NCBI GenBank assembly: GCA_030390025.1 | Contig: CM059432.1 | Location: 153,638,001-153,702,000 of the forward strand | Direction: 5' to 3' | DNA length: 64,000 nt | Origin: Squalus acanthias | Lineage: Eukaryota | In this document: positions 48,553 to 62,599 of the stretch, one piece after another | Layout: every line of letters begins with the position of its first letter | How positions within the stretch are numbered: the stretch's first letter is position 1 | The notes under the pieces: generated by a model | What the model saw: only the letters and a program-made list of their open reading frames with translations | What the model was told of the DNA's origin: nothing | The model's database searches: none | Position numbers and translations under genes: made by a program

Positions 48553-50818
48553 GAACATAAGAACATAAGAAATAGGAGCAGGAGTCGGCCATTCAGCCCT
48601 TCGAGTCTGCTCCGCCATTCAATGAGATCATGGCTGATCTTCTGCCTCAACTCCATTCACCGGCCCTATCGCCATATCCCTTGATGCCTTTACTAGTCAG
48701 AAATCTATCGACTTCTGTTTTGAATATTCCCAATGACTGAGCCTCCACACCCTCTGGGGTAGAGAATTCCAAAGATTCACCACCCTCTGTGTGAAGAAAT
48801 TTCTTCTCATCTCAGTCCTGAATGGCCTACCCTTTATCCTGAGGCTGTTGCCCCTGGTTCTAGACTCCCCAGCCAAGGGAAACATTCTCCCAGCATCCAC
48901 CCTATCAAGCCCTGTAATAATTTTGTATGCTTCAATGAGATCCCCTCTAATTCTTCTGAATTCAAGAGAATACAGGCCTAGTTTACTCAATCTCTTCTCA
49001 TACAACAGTCCCGCCATCCCAGGAATCAATCTCGTGAACCTTCATTGCACTGCCTCTATGGCAAGTATATCCTTCCTTAGGTAAGGAGACCAAAATTGTA
49101 CACAGTACTCCAGGTGTGGTCTCACCAAGGCCCTATATAATTGGAGTAAGATTTCTTTACTCCTGTACTCAAATCCTCTTGTAATGAAGGCCAGCATACC
49201 ATTTGCCTTCCTAATGGTTTGCTGCACCTGTACATTCACTTTCAGTGACTCATGTACAAGGACACCCAGGTCCCTTTGAGCATCTGCATTCCCCAATCTT
49301 TCACCATTTAGGAAATACTCTGCCTTTCTGTTTTTTCTACCAAAGTGGATATCTTCACATTTATCCACATTATATTCCATCTGCCATGTTCTCGCCCACT
49401 CACTGAGCCTGTCGAGATCCCCTTGAAGCCTCTTCACATCCTCTTCGCAACTGACACTGCCACCTAGCTTTGTATCATCAGCAAATTTGGAAATGTTACA
49501 TTTAGTCCCCTCATCCAAATTATTGATATAGATTGTGAATAGCTGGGGCCCAAGCACTGATCCTTGTGGTACCCCACTAGTCACAGCCTGCCATCCTGAA
49601 AAAGACCCGTTTATCCCTGCTCTTTGTTTTCTGTCTGTTAACCAATTCTCAATCCATGCTAGTATATTATCACCAATTCCATGTGCCCTAATTTTGTTCA
49701 CCAACCTCTTGTGTGGGACCTTATCGAAGGCCTTCTGAAAATCCATATACACCACATCGACTGGTTCCCCTTTGTCTACTCCACTAGTTACATCCTCAAA
49801 GAACTCCAATAGGTTTGTCAAACAGGATTTCCCTTTCATAAATCCATGTTGACTCTGCCCAATCTTACTATTAGTTTCTAAGTGCCCAGTTATTGCATCC
49901 TTTATAATAGATTCCAGCATTTTCCCAACTACTGATGTGAGGCTAACAGGTCTGTAGTTCCCCGTTTTCTCTCTCCCTCCTTTCGTAAATAGCAGGGTTA
50001 TATTTGCTATCCTCCAATCTGCAGGAACCATTCCAGAATCTATAGAATTTTGGAAGATGACAACCAACGCGTCCACTATCCCAATGGCCACCTCTTTCAA
50101 AACCCTAGGATGTAGGTCATCCGGTCCTTGAGATTTATCGACTTTTAGTCCCATTAATTTTGCTAGCACTGTTTTTTTACTAATAATAATTTCTTTAAGT
50201 TCCTCATTCTCGCCACACCCTTGCTTTTCTCGTATTTCTGGGAGGTTTTTTGTGTCTTCCTCCGTGAAGACAGAAACAAAGTATTTATTTAATTTCCCTG
50301 CCATTTCCTCATGCCCCATTATAAATTCTCCCGTCTCTGACTGTAAAGGACCTACATTTACCTTCGCCAGTCTTTTCCTTTTCACATACCTATAGAAGCT
50401 TTTACAATCCGTTTTTATATTTTTCGCTAGTTTGTGATCATATTCCATTTTCCCTTTCTTTATCAATTTCTTGGTCCCCCTTTGCTGATTTCTAAAAAGA
50501 TCCCAATCCTCAGGCTGACCGCTTTTTCTGGCAACTTTATAAGCTTCGTCCTTTGACTTAATACTAGCTTTAATTTCTTTTGTTAGCCATGGTTGGATCA
50601 CTTTTCCTTTTGGGTTTTTATGCCCTAGAGGAATATATGTTTGTTGCAAATTATGCACCATTTCCTTGAATGTTAGCCATTGTATGTCCACCTGCATACC
50701 TTTTAGTGTAGTCTCCCAATCTACCATGGCCAACTTGTCCCTCATACCCTTGTAGTTTCCTCTGTTTAGATTGAAGACCTTAGTTTCAGATTGGACTACA
50801 TCACTCTCAAACTTAATG
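48553..50818 (-). mobile_element. 5'-truncated CR1 LINE with long open RT (ORF 49042-50853)
   Basis: Complete RT motifs ([24 protein letters not shown]) and a (ttcttatg)n tail. Confidence 0.95.
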
Positions 50819-51140
50819 TAAGTGAGGTTGTAAAAGACACTATAGAAATGCAAGTCTTTCTTTAAAATCCTCTACATTGCCGGTTTTCTCTGTATACTAT
50901 TATGGTATTCAACCTCCCCAAGTACCATTGCACCATGTGTCTTCTATCATTCCAGCGCTGTATAAATGCAAGTTCTTCCTTCTTTCTATCAAGTATCAGA
51001 GTATTCCACCATTGAAAATCATGAGTAATGAAATAAAAATAGGCTTAAAAAATGGAGTTTCCATTTTTCAGCCCAGGATTCAATGGAAAGGAAAACTGGG
51101 CAGACTGAATAGTTTGTTACAATAGTGTTTTTCAAATAAT

Positions 51141-51880
51141 GGCCCGTATTTTCCGATCCCTACGGGTGTGTACGAGGTGTGTACACACCCGTAGGGGCTT
51201 CGCAAGTGCCGGTTTCAGGCATGTGAAGCGCATGCGCTGAAAACCGGCACTTCCGATCTGTGAAGAATGCTCTTGACAGATCCTCCGCCTGCCCTGGAGA
51301 AGGGCCTCTGCGGGGGGAGAGTTTCGCTTTCTGCACAACCTCCGCCCGCTGAAAACCCTTAAAAATCTTACGCCTGGTAAAAGCAGCATAAGGGCTGCTT
51401 TTACCAGCATAAGAATTTTAAAAAGTTAAAAAAAATTCCCTCATTTATAATTTCAAAATACTTTTAAAAAAGGTAAGTTTATTTTTAGCCCCGTAAAAAA
51501 CTTTAATTATTTTTTTCAAAAAATTAACTTTTTGTTTAAAATATTTAATTTAATGTAATTTTAACTAATTTTAAATAGGTGATTTAAAAAAAAAATTATT
51601 TAATGTTTTAGTGTTTTTTGAGTGATCCCCATTCATACTTTTGACGAGTCTAAGCTGAAACCTGTCAAAAGTATGAAGGGGGATTCCCTTCTTCCATTGG
51701 TTCCCCATGGCCCACGTGATCCCAGGGACGCTTGCGAACTGCCTGCGCCCCTGGGATACCTGGGCCTCTGCGCGCGCACCAGGAGAGGCCCAGGAGCGGA
51801 AGCCAGCAGGTAAGTTCGTAGATTTTTTCCAGATTGGAGGCATCCACACGCAGGAAGCCTCCGATCAGAAAATCTGGGTC
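51141..51880. mobile_element. Non-autonomous Harbinger-type element with AT-rich core
   Basis: TIRs GGCCCGTATTTTCCGATC / GATCAGAAAATCTGGGTC; flanks AAT / GAT. Confidence 0.75.
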
Positions 51881-51979
51881 GATATCTTTCCCTACAACTT
51901 TTCTTCAAGTTTAGTCTAACTCACAATTACTCTTCCCTAGATACAATTTGATTTCCTGCATTGGTGGCAAATTCATAAT

Positions 51980-52740
51980 GGCCCGGATTTTGAGGTAAAA
52001 AATAACGGTGAGGTTATCAGCGCTCACCATTATTAAAGAGTAAATCTGACAGCAACTTCCGACAACCTCACATGTGCAGTTAAACGCGGAAATCAGGAAG
52101 TTGCTGTCCGAGTTGCCCTGCTCCTCCTCGCTATAACAGTATCTCGCCGAGAGTCTCAACATTGAAACACATGTATCAGTGTGAAGTTGCTGTATTTACA
52201 TGATATATACCCACTAAACCCAGCAGAAAAAGTTAGGGCTTGTCCATTCCAGTCTAAGTGAATTTTTAACTGCGTGATAAGTCTTAATTATTGCCAAACA
52301 ACCACTCTGGTTGAAAATTCACATTTATAAATGTGGAGTCTCATTCCTTCAGAGATTTAAAACAATAAAAAAATATATTTTTTTACTTTTTCTTTCTGTC
52401 TCTGTTCTCTCTCTCTCTCTCTTAATCCCATCCTTCTTTCCCTCTCTTTATTTTGCTTTCTGTACATAATTTGGCATTAAATTAACTATTCTAACTTACA
52501 CCTTCTGGTTCAGACTCTGTGCGCCTCATTAAGAATTATTCAATCTGATTGGTTAAGGAGATACAGAGTTGCTTGCCCGGTTCACAAAGGACCCAAATCC
52601 CCTGTAGAGGGTGTGGTGCCGAAATGGCTTTCTAATCATCACAAGTTCCAGTGCAAAAGCCCATAGAAAGTCTGTGGGCAAGTGTAAGTGTAATGAACGG
52701 CTAGCGCCGTTTGTTCGCTGCTGACCGCAAAATCCAGGTC
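51980..52740. mobile_element. Non-autonomous Harbinger-type element
   Basis: TIRs GGCCCGGATTTTG / CAAAATCCAGGTC; the TSD is not preserved. Confidence 0.65.
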
Positions 52741-53034
52741 TTTCCCTACATTACAATAGTGACTACACTTCAAAAGGCGCTATATAAATGCAAGTTCTTC
52801 CTTCTTTCTATCGAGTATCAGAGTATTCCACCATTGAAAATCATGAGTAATGAAATGAAAATAGGCTTAAAAAATTGAATTTCGATTTTTCAGCCCAGGA
52901 TTCAATGGAAAGGAAAATTGGGCAGAGTGTATAACAGGCAGCCAATCCAATACTACCAGTTTTCAGCTACCGCTAAAGTTGGAAGTTATCCTCAATACGT
53001 CCAGACAGAGGAATGTTATACAAACAAGTTAAGC

Positions 53035-53902
53035 AGTATGATTTGAACAGGTTGGGTGATTGGGCAGATGCATGGCAGATGCAGTATAATGTGGATAAAT
53101 GCGAGGTTATCCACTTTGGTGGCAAAAACAGGAAGACAGATTATTATCTGAACGGCAATAGATTGGGAAAAGGGGAAGTGCAACGAGATCTGGGACTCCT
53201 TGTGCACCAGTCGCTGAAGGTAAGCATGCAGGTGCAGCAGGCGGTTAAGAAGGCAAATGGTATGTTGGCCTTCATAGCGAGAGGATTTGAGTACAGGAGC
53301 AAGGATGTCTTGCTGCAGTTGTACAAGGCCTTGGTGAGACCACACCTTGAGTATTGTGTGCAGTTTTGGTCGCCTTATCTGAGGAAGGATGTTCTTGCCA
53401 TGGAGGGAGTGCAGCGAAGATTTACCAGACTGATACCTGGGATGGCAGGAATGACGTATGAAGAGAGATTGGGTCGATTAGGCTTATATTCGTTGGAGTT
53501 TCGAAGAATGAGAGGGGATCTCATTGAAACTTATAAAATTCTAACAGGACTAGACAGACTAGATGCAGGAAGGATGTTCCCGATGGCGGGGGAGTCCAGA
53601 ACCAGAGGTCACAGTCTAAGGATAAGTGGTAAGCCATTTAGGACTGAGATGAGGAGGAATTTCTTCACCCAGAGTGGTGAACCTGTGGAATTCTCTACCA
53701 CACAAGGCAGTTGAGGCCAATTCATTAAATATATTCAAGAAGGAGATAGATATATTTCTTAAGGCTAAAGGGATCAAGGGATATGGGAAGAAAGCAGGGA
53801 CAGGGTACTGAATTTGGATGATCAGCCATGATCTCATTAAATGGCGGAGCAGGCTCGAGGGGCCGAATGGCCTACTCCTGCTCCTATCTTCTATGCTTCT
53901 AT
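53035..53902 (+). mobile_element. Young 5'-truncated CR1
   Basis: ORF2 C-terminus and 3' UTR nearly identical to 56435-57302. Confidence 0.93.
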
Positions 53903-55067
53903 GGGTGTGCAATTAGCAATGCTAATTTTTAGGCTTACTTTAATTTGTTTTTGTTTTTTTTATTTGTTCTTGGGATGTGGGCTTGGCTGGAAAGGCCATA
54001 TTTATTGCCTATCCTTAGCTTGTACATTAAGTAGTGTGGACTAGAGTCAAGTATAAGCCAGCCCAGGAAGGTGTACCAGTTGGATCTGTTGCTTTGGGGC
54101 AGTCTTATCACTATCACTGCACTCCTAGGCCTGTCACCAATATATAGCACCAGACACCAAATGAAAATCAGTTCAGTTTTAGAATACTGTTCAAGATTTA
54201 ACTTTTTAATCATTGCAGGCAATTCATTAAAATCAGTATAACTAAATTCCCTGTAAAAGTGACAGAATATCTGTGTAATCATTCCCTGTATAGTAAAACA
54301 CTAACTTAACATATGAATATAGGAATTGTTACACAAAAAAGACTATGGTCCATCTACCATCTGGTAGTCGCCTGATACGACGACACTGGAGCTGGTTACT
54401 CATCACAGCAATCAATGTCTATCAATTAGTCTACAACAAACGCAGACATGATGCGAGGAAAACCCCAGTGGTGGAGAGCTTTGGGAACCATAGGTTTAAA
54501 TTCATCTGTTCCTTCCAAGCATGCTACACTTACCACTTATCACGGCTCAAATTACTCATATACAGTATCCCAAAATATTACTTTCTGTTAACATCAATGG
54601 GGGGGGGGGGGATTTTAACACACCCTCTCCCCCCACAACAGGCGGGAGAGGTTCAGTGGGGGGAAATCGGCAAATGTGCAAAACCCGATCACAACCCGCC
54701 GCAAATACACCTGCTTCCATTTTTCAGCAGGTAAGTGCTTTTTATAGCACTGCTTGTAGGCCAGGAGGAGCACGAGTGCTTCCCGCACCCCCCTCCACCC
54801 GTCCCCTTAATCAAATCTTCTGCCACGATCGGCCAACCTCCACCCCCCCCAAATCTCTCCCGACCCACCCCCCTACCCAAACCCGTGATCTCTCCTGGTC
54901 TCCCCTCCCACCTGAATGCCGTCCCCAACGATCCCCGGTTGCAGCCATATAACGCTGGCTTTCCCACCAGGTAGCCCGTCAATCTAGCCGGCTGCTGGGC
55001 AGGAAATGGAATAAAAAATTATAATGAGGTCCTGCCATTAAATTCCGCAGGAGCTCCACGGTTTCCG

Positions 55068-58000
55068 AGAACAGTATGTAATGGAACCAACCAGGGAGCA
55101 GGCTATCTTGGATCTGGTACTATGTAATGAAACAGAATTAATAAATGATCTCATAGTAAAGGATCCTCTAGGAAAGAGTGATCATAGCATGGTTGAATTT
55201 CAAATTCAGTTGGAGGGTGAGAAAGTTGTATCTCAAACCAGTGTCCTGATCTTAAACAAAGGCAATTACAGTGGCATGAGGGCAGAACTGGCTAAAGTGG
55301 GCTGGAAAAATAAATTAAAGGGTAAGACAGTTGAAATGCAGTGGCGGACATTTAAGGAGATATTTCATAAATCTCAACCAAAATATATTCCAGTGAGAAA
55401 GAAAGATTTTAAGAGAAGGGAGCACCATCCGTGGCTAACTAAGGAAGTAAAGGATGGTATCAAATTGAAAACGAAGGCATACAATGTTGCCAAGATTGGT
55501 GGGAGACCAGAGGATTGGGAAATTTTTAAAAACCTGCAAAGGATGACTAAAAAATTAATAAAGAGAGAGAAGATGAATTATGAGAGTAAACTGGCAAGAA
55601 ACATTAAAACAGATAGTAAGAGCTTCTACAGGTATATAAAAAGGAAGAGGGTAGCTAAAGTAAACATTGGTCCCTTAGAGGATGAGACTGGGGAATTAAT
55701 AATGGGGAACGGGGAAATGGCAGAGACTCTGAACAAATATTTTGTATCTGTCTTCACGGTAGAAGACACTAACAACATCCCAATAATGGATAATCAAGGG
55801 GCCACAGGGAGGGGGGCAACGAAAGACAATCACTATCAAGAAGGAAATAGTACTCGGTAAAATAATGGGACTAAAAGATGACAAGTCCCCTGGACCAGAT
55901 GGCCTGCATCCCAGGGTCTTAAAAGAAGTGGCTGCAGAGATAGTGGATGCATTGGTTGCAATATACTAAAATTCCCTGGACTCTGGAGAGGTCCCAGCGG
56001 ACAATGTCAACATGGATTTACAAAAGGTAAATCATGCTTGACTAAACTACTGGAATTTTTTGAATGTAACTGGTAGAATAGATAAGGGAGAACCAGTGGA
56101 TGTGGTGTATTTGCACTTTCAGAAGGCTTTCGATAAGGTCCCGCATAAGAGATTAGCGTGCAAAGTTAAAGCACATGGGATTGGGGGTAAGGTACTGACT
56201 TGGATTGAGGACTGGTTGGCAGACAGGAAGCAAAGAGTTGGAATAAACGGGTCTTTTTCCGAGTGGCAGGCAGTGACTAGTGGGGTACCGCAGGGATCGG
56301 TGCTAGGACCCCAGCTATTCACAATATATATTAATGATCTAGACGAGGGAACTAGATGTAATATCTCCAAGTTTGCAGACGACACAAAGCTGGGTGGGCG
56401 TGTGTGCTGTGAGGAGGATGCAGAGAAACTCCAGTATGATTTGGATAGGTTGGATGATTGGGCAGATGCATGGCAGATGCAGTATAATGTGGATAAATGC
56501 GAGGTTATCCACTTTGGTGGCAAAAACAGGAAGACAGATTATTATCTGAACGGCAATAGATTGGGAAAAGGGGAAGTGCAACGAGACCTGGGTGTCCTTG
56601 TGCACCAGTCGCTGAAGGTAAGCATGCAGGTGCAGCAGGCGGTTAAGAAGGCAAATGGTATGTTGGCCTTCATAGCGAGAGGATTTGAGTACAGGAGCAA
56701 GGATGACTTGCTGCAGTTGTACAGGGCCTTGGTGAGACCACACCTTGAGTATTGTGTGCAGTTTTGGTCGCCTTATCTGAGGAAGGATGTTCTTGCCATG
56801 GAGGGAGTGCAGCGAAGATTCACCAGACAGATACCTGGGATGGCAGGAATGACGTATGAAGAGAGATTGGGTCGATTAGGCTTATATTCGCTAGAGTTTA
56901 GAAGAATGAGAGGAGATCTCATTGAAACTTATAAAATTCTAACAGGACTAGACAGACTAGATGCAGGAAGGCTGTTTCCGATGGCGGGGGAGTCCAGAAC
57001 CAGGGGTCACAATCTAAGGATAAGGGGTAAGCCATTTAGGACTGAGATGAGGAGGAATTTCTTCACCCAGAGAGTGGTGAACCTGTGGAATTCTCTACCA
57101 CAGAAGGCAGTTGAGGCCAATTCATTAAATATATTCAAGAAGGAGTTAGATATAATTCTTAAGGCTAAAGGGATCAAGGGATATGGGGAGAAAGCAGGGA
57201 CAGGGTACTGAATTTGGATGATCAGCCATGATCTCATTAAATGGTGGAACAGGCTCGAGGGGCCGAATGGCCTACTCCTGCTCCTATCTTCTATGTTTCT
57301 ATGATTGGAAAACCGCAAATGTAACACCCCTATTTAAGAAAGGAGGGAGACAGAAAGCAGGAAACTATAGACCAGTTAGCCTAACATCTGTCGTTGGGAA
57401 AATGCTGGAGTCCTTCATTAAGGAAGCAGTAGCAGGGCATTTGGAAAATCATAATGCACTCAGGCAGAGTCAGAATGGTTTTATGAAAGGGAAATCATGT
57501 TTAACAAACTTGATGGAGTTCTTTGAGGAGGTAACGAGCAGGGTGGACAAAGGTGAACCAGTGGATGTGGTGTATTTGGATTTCCAGAAGGCATTCGATA
57601 AGGTGCCACATAAAAGGTTACTGCATAAGATAAGAGCTCACGGAATTGGGGGTAATATATTAGCATGGATAGAGAATTAGCTAACTAACAGAAAGCAGAG
57701 AGTCGGGATAAATGGTTCATTTTCCGGTTGGCAAACGGTAACTAGTGGGGTGCCACAGGGATCGGTACTGGGGCCTCAACTATTTACAATCTACATTAAT
57801 GACTTGGATGAAGGGACCGAGTGTAATTAGCCAAGTTTGCGGATGATACAAAGATGGGTGGGAAAGCAAGTTGTGCAGAGGATTCAAAGAACCTGCAAAG
57901 GGATATAGACAGGCTAAGTGAGTGGGCAAATATTTGGCAGATGGAGTATAATGTGGGAAAGTGCGAGGTTATACACTTTGGCAGGAAAAATAAAAAAGCA

Positions 58001-58755
58001 AATTATTATTTAAATGGAGAGAGATTACAAAATGCTACACTTCAGAGGGACCTTGTGCATGAAACACAAAAAGTTAGCATGCAGGTACAGCAAGTAATCA
58101 AAAAGGTAAATGGAATGTTGGCCTTTATTTCAAAGGGGTTGGAGTATAAAAGCAGGGAAGTCCTGCTACAACTGTACAGGGTAATGGTGAGACCACACCT
58201 TGAGTACTACGTACAGTTTTGGTCTCCTTATTTAAGGAAGGATATACTTGCATTGGAGGCAGTTCAGAGACGATTCACTAGGTTCATTCCTGAGATGAGG
58301 GGGTTGACTTATGAGGAAAGGTTGAGCAAGCTGGGCCTATACTCCGGAATTTAGAAGAATGAGAGGTGATCTTATTGAAACATATAAGATACTGAGGGGG
58401 CACGACAAGGTAGATGCAGAGAGGATGTGCCCCCTCGTGGGGAAATCTAGAACGCGGGGGCACAGTTTCAGAATAAGGGGTCGCCCTTTTAGAACTGAGA
58501 TGAGGAGGAATTTCTTCTCTCAGAGGGTCGTAAATCTGCGGAATTCTCTGCCCCAGAGAGCTGTGGAGGCTGGGTCATTAAATACATTTAAGGTGGAGAT
58601 AGACAAATTTTTGCAAGATAAGGGAGTGAAGGGTTATGGGGAGCGGGCGGGAAGTGGCTTTGAGCCCAAGATCAGCCATGATCTTATTGAATGGCGGAGC
58701 AGGCTTGAGGGGCCAAGTGGCCTATTCCTGCTCCTATTTCTTATGTTCTTATGTT
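55068..58755 (+). mobile_element. 5'-truncated CR1 LINE split by a younger CR1
   Basis: ORF2 is continuous across the insert (gtcccagcgga|ttggaaaaccgca); tail ttcttatgttcttatgtt. Confidence 0.9.
56002..57302 (+). mobile_element. Young 5'-truncated CR1 (ORF 56060-57211) nested in CR1
   Basis: Open RT with PQGSVLGP and FADD through to GYGEKAGTGY; same subfamily as 31312-33960. Confidence 0.93.
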
Positions 58756-59037
58756 CCCGGGCTCCCACCCCACCGCAAACAGGCTCCCCCGCTTCCTCAC
58801 CGCCTCCTCATAAATATCGGGCCAATGGCTCCTCCAAGGTAATCTAGCCACCTGAGGAATATATAAAAATGCAATGGAACCTTTTTCAGTGTGTTAATCC
58901 TAGTGATATAGAAAGATGAAAAACAAACTAAATAAACAAATGGTCACAATTTGTACACTACCAAGTCAAAAGTTGGATCAGTTTCTGACTCCCTAGTACA
59001 GCGCTATACAAGTCTTTCTACTGTGTAGATTCTGTAT

Positions 59038-60341
59038 CAGTGGTTCTCAAACTGAGGTCCACGGACCCCGAAGGTCAGTATAGACTTTCCAGGGGGTCTG
59101 CGAAATAATGTGAAAGTGCTTACCATGCAGGGGAATTTATCCAAACGGCAATTTTTAAATAGGGCTGGTCTGGAGGATTAGCAGCTTGGATCTCCTGCAG
59201 AAGGTTAACAGACTCCTGCAACCAACATTAAGCAAAGATTTCACCCATTCCCGCTCGTGTACTAATCCCAACCTTCCCGAAGATCGAAGTACTCAGATTT
59301 CTGATCGTACTTTAAACAAGGTGGCTCTGCGCAAATATATATTAGGGACTTGGGAATGGTTTGCTGATAGCAGATACTGGACAAAAGCAAACTACGTGCG
59401 GGGGTTGCTTCAGATGTGTGATGTCAAACTACTTCATGTCATTGGTAATCTGATCCAAACACTTATACTCAGTAAGAAAATCCCTGACTCCCGTGAAGCG
59501 AAAGGTGAAAAATAACGATCTCTGAAACCTCACAAATTTATTGAAATTTGCAATATAACAATGATCATACATCACTTCCAAAGGCAGTGAAACAAAAGAC
59601 ACCAGTTAGTCGCCATCTCCTTTCAGCATTGATCCAAACGTTTATTGTGAAATCAAAGCAAGTAAGCACACTCCAGAACTCGTGTAGCCAGTACTGTTTT
59701 GAAATAAAATACATTTTTGGAGATTGATTAATTTTACCAAATGTCACTTGTAAAATAGGTAGCCTTGCAGAGTTTGTGCTTCTTTTAATCACTCTTGTTT
59801 CTGTGTTTCTCGTTTTCCCTGATGTTTCTGTATTTCTTTCTTTCTGCTGCTCGTTTATACTTATTTGCAGCTCTCATTTTCTCCTTTCTTATCCCAGTGC
59901 CAGCCTATACACAACCCAATCAGAGTTGAGGATTGCGAGCAGTTCTGGGCATCCCATTATAGGAAATATATTAGAACCATAGGAATGCTGTAGCTAAGAT
60001 TAACTAGCATGATTCTAGTTATGAAGAAAGGCTTAAAATATTAGGACATTTTTACTGGAACAGAGAAGATGGGGGGGGTGGGGGGGCAGAGGGAATCTAA
60101 CAGAGGTTTTCAAAATTGTCATTATCAAACATCACACCAAGGATAGACAGACTCTGTAGTGAGAAGCAGGCACACCCATCTCACTGATATCTGTAATTAA
60201 ATGCCTGTTTTCTTAAAAGCATTATTAAAACACTCTGTACGTGCAGCACTTTCATATATTGAGTATTATACAGTACTATAATTTAGATTACTAATCCATT
60301 TGAAAAGGGGTCCTTCAACCAAAATAATTTGAGAACCACTG
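59038..60341. mobile_element. hAT (Charlie-type) element, 8-bp TSD
   Basis: Perfect 14-bp TIR CAGTGGTTCTCAAA / TTTGAGAACCACTG; TSD TTCTGTAT / TTCTATAT. It contains a decayed CR1 piece at about 59935-60120. Confidence 0.85.
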
Positions 60342-60399
60342 TTCTATATCTATGTGACAGTTATCAATATTGCTCAGGCTGAATCCGATGGTATGCAGT

Positions 60400-60960
60400 C
60401 TCAATGCTCTGTTTGAGTCGGTGTTCCATTACCAAGACCACCTATTTCCACCTCTGCAACACTGTCACACTGCTGGGAAAACCCTCACCCGTGCATTTGT
60501 TGTCACCAGGCTCAGCTTCTCCAATGTCATCAGCTTGCAGAGTCAGTCAGCTTGCAACTGACCTTTACCACTCGTATCCTATCCAATACTGAGTCCCACT
60601 CCCCTATTACCTCGCCTACCTCCATTGGCTCTCCAACCCCATGTCTACAAATTCATCCATGGCATTGCCCCTCCCTACCCGTGCAACCTCCATGCTCGCA
60701 CATTCCCTCACAACTCTGGTCTTTGCTACCTCCATTCCTCTTTTGGTGGCTGGGCCTTTAGCCATCTTGGCCTCCTGTTCTGGAATGCTCTCCCTAAACT
60801 CTCTGTCTCATCACCTCTTCACCCTCCTCCAAAACTACCTCTTCAATCATGCCTTCAGTCATCTCCCAAAATTCCATTCCTGTCACTGCTCTACCTCTGT
60901 GAAATGCCGTGGAACATTTTACATTAAAGGTGCTTTCATAAATGCAAATTGTCATTGTCA
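60400..60960 (+). mobile_element. Old L2 3' fragment
   Basis: TLTRAFVVTRL and GGWAFSHLGLLFWNALP remnants, with tail ataaatgcaaatt. Confidence 0.7.
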
Positions 60961-61859
60961 TAATCAGGTAACTTCCCAGTTTGAGCATTGTGTTTGTCAT
61001 GCTATCTACTCCAGTCTCTACAGCACTAATTATTTCAGGATTCTAGGGACTAACACAGGGTTTGTCTGCACTCAGACTCGAATTTATGTTGTATGGAGCA
61101 CCATCTAGTGGTTTACATTGTGACAACACTTTCAATTTTGTATCCTAGCACTCATTAGTGTCACACAGGATGATTTCACGAATAGAAATTTGATTTACCA
61201 AACTTTTCAGTGAGCACCGTATCAAAGGAGTTGCACACTCCTGTGGTCCTAAGAATAGTTCAAATCAGTGTTTTTAATGCTGTGTTGTTTATTCATCACA
61301 GGCACAATAATGCTCAGTGCTTAAATGGAAATTGGAACTCCTATGGTTGGCAAAACCATGCCAATTCCCCCAACACTTAGGCTTGGAGTGCTTTGGAAGA
61401 TGAAAGCTGTCCAAGTTTGAAAGCTTCGCTAACCTTTAAAGAACTGAAGAGAAGACTGATTTCCAAAGCCCAGATCACCTTTTTTCTACATTAATTTCTT
61501 AGTTAAAAAAATATATTTTCTGTAATTGGATCCAAAGGTTGACCTGGTCATGTCACTAGTGGCTACAACTGCGCATAACTATTCTACTTGCTGATTTAAA
61601 AAGAACTAGCTTGGAAATTATATGGGGAGTGGAAGTGCTTGGCTAACATCTAACTTTTGGATGGCCGTACCAAGCCCGAGCTCTGTGTGCCACTTTCCAA
61701 TAAATACTATAGTAATAACTTACTGCTTCAGTGGACATTTTACATAAATCAGGAGATGGGAGAGCGGGTGAGCAGCAATGAGTATCCATTTTTTTAATAT
61801 ATGAATTTTAAAAACATTTATATAAATAACTGGAGTTTTGTCCGCAGCAGGGCAAGACA

Positions 61860-62467
61860 GCATCCTATCCTCCCTTAATCTCTCTCTCCATATAAACTCC
61901 TCTTACGATATTCATGGCCACCCTCTTGACCTTGTCATCTCACCTGGCCTTGCTACTCCCATCGTGTCAATCACAGATAAGGCCATCTCTGATCACTTTC
62001 CCAGCCACATCTCCTTTCCCACGCCCAACCCTACTTCCTCTGTGTCCGCCCCAGAAAAAAAAACTCTCCTAATTCACTTACAACTGCACTTTCAAAATCC
62101 CAACCGTCCAGCCTCTGGCCTTCCATTCACCATGACATTTCTGCAGCTACCGATCTGCTCAACCACACTCTCACCTCCACCTTTGATGCCCTAGTCTCCA
62201 TTAAAACTATTACTCTCTCTCACCCTGGCCATTCCCCCTGGTACAGCCCTCATCTCTGCTTCCTTAAGTCCAAGGGACGCAGACTTCAACATATATAGCG
62301 GACAATGGTTCAGCCATTCACCGCCAGATCTGGCTGGACCACATAAAGTACTATCAGGTCCTGCTCTCCTCTGCCAAAACTGCTCACTATTTTGTTTGAT
62401 AACGCTCCTGTGAAGAGCCTTGGGATGTTTTCCTACGTTAAAGGCGCTATATAAATGCAAGTTGTTA
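61860..62467 (+). mobile_element. L2 fragment (endonuclease region joined to 3' tail)
   Basis: HGHPLDLVI...ISDHF, and tail aaaggcgctatataaatgcaagttgtt. Confidence 0.7.
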
Positions 62468-62599
62468 TGAAATAAAGGCAACCGAGGGATTTTGTAAAAA
62501 AAAATAATGATGATGCTGATAGTGAGATGTACAGCCATTCAGTGAGCAATGTGTGCTTTCTGGGGGCGAGTGTTCAATAGTGGGGTAGAAGGCTTAATC

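Larger units (their letters stand above)
54599..58823. mobile_element. Harbinger-type MITE (54599-55067 plus 58756-58823), TSD AAT, split by CR1
   Basis: Left end (G)nATTTTAA, right end TAAATATCGGGCC, AAT on both flanks, and GC-rich arms on each side of the CR1. Confidence 0.65.
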
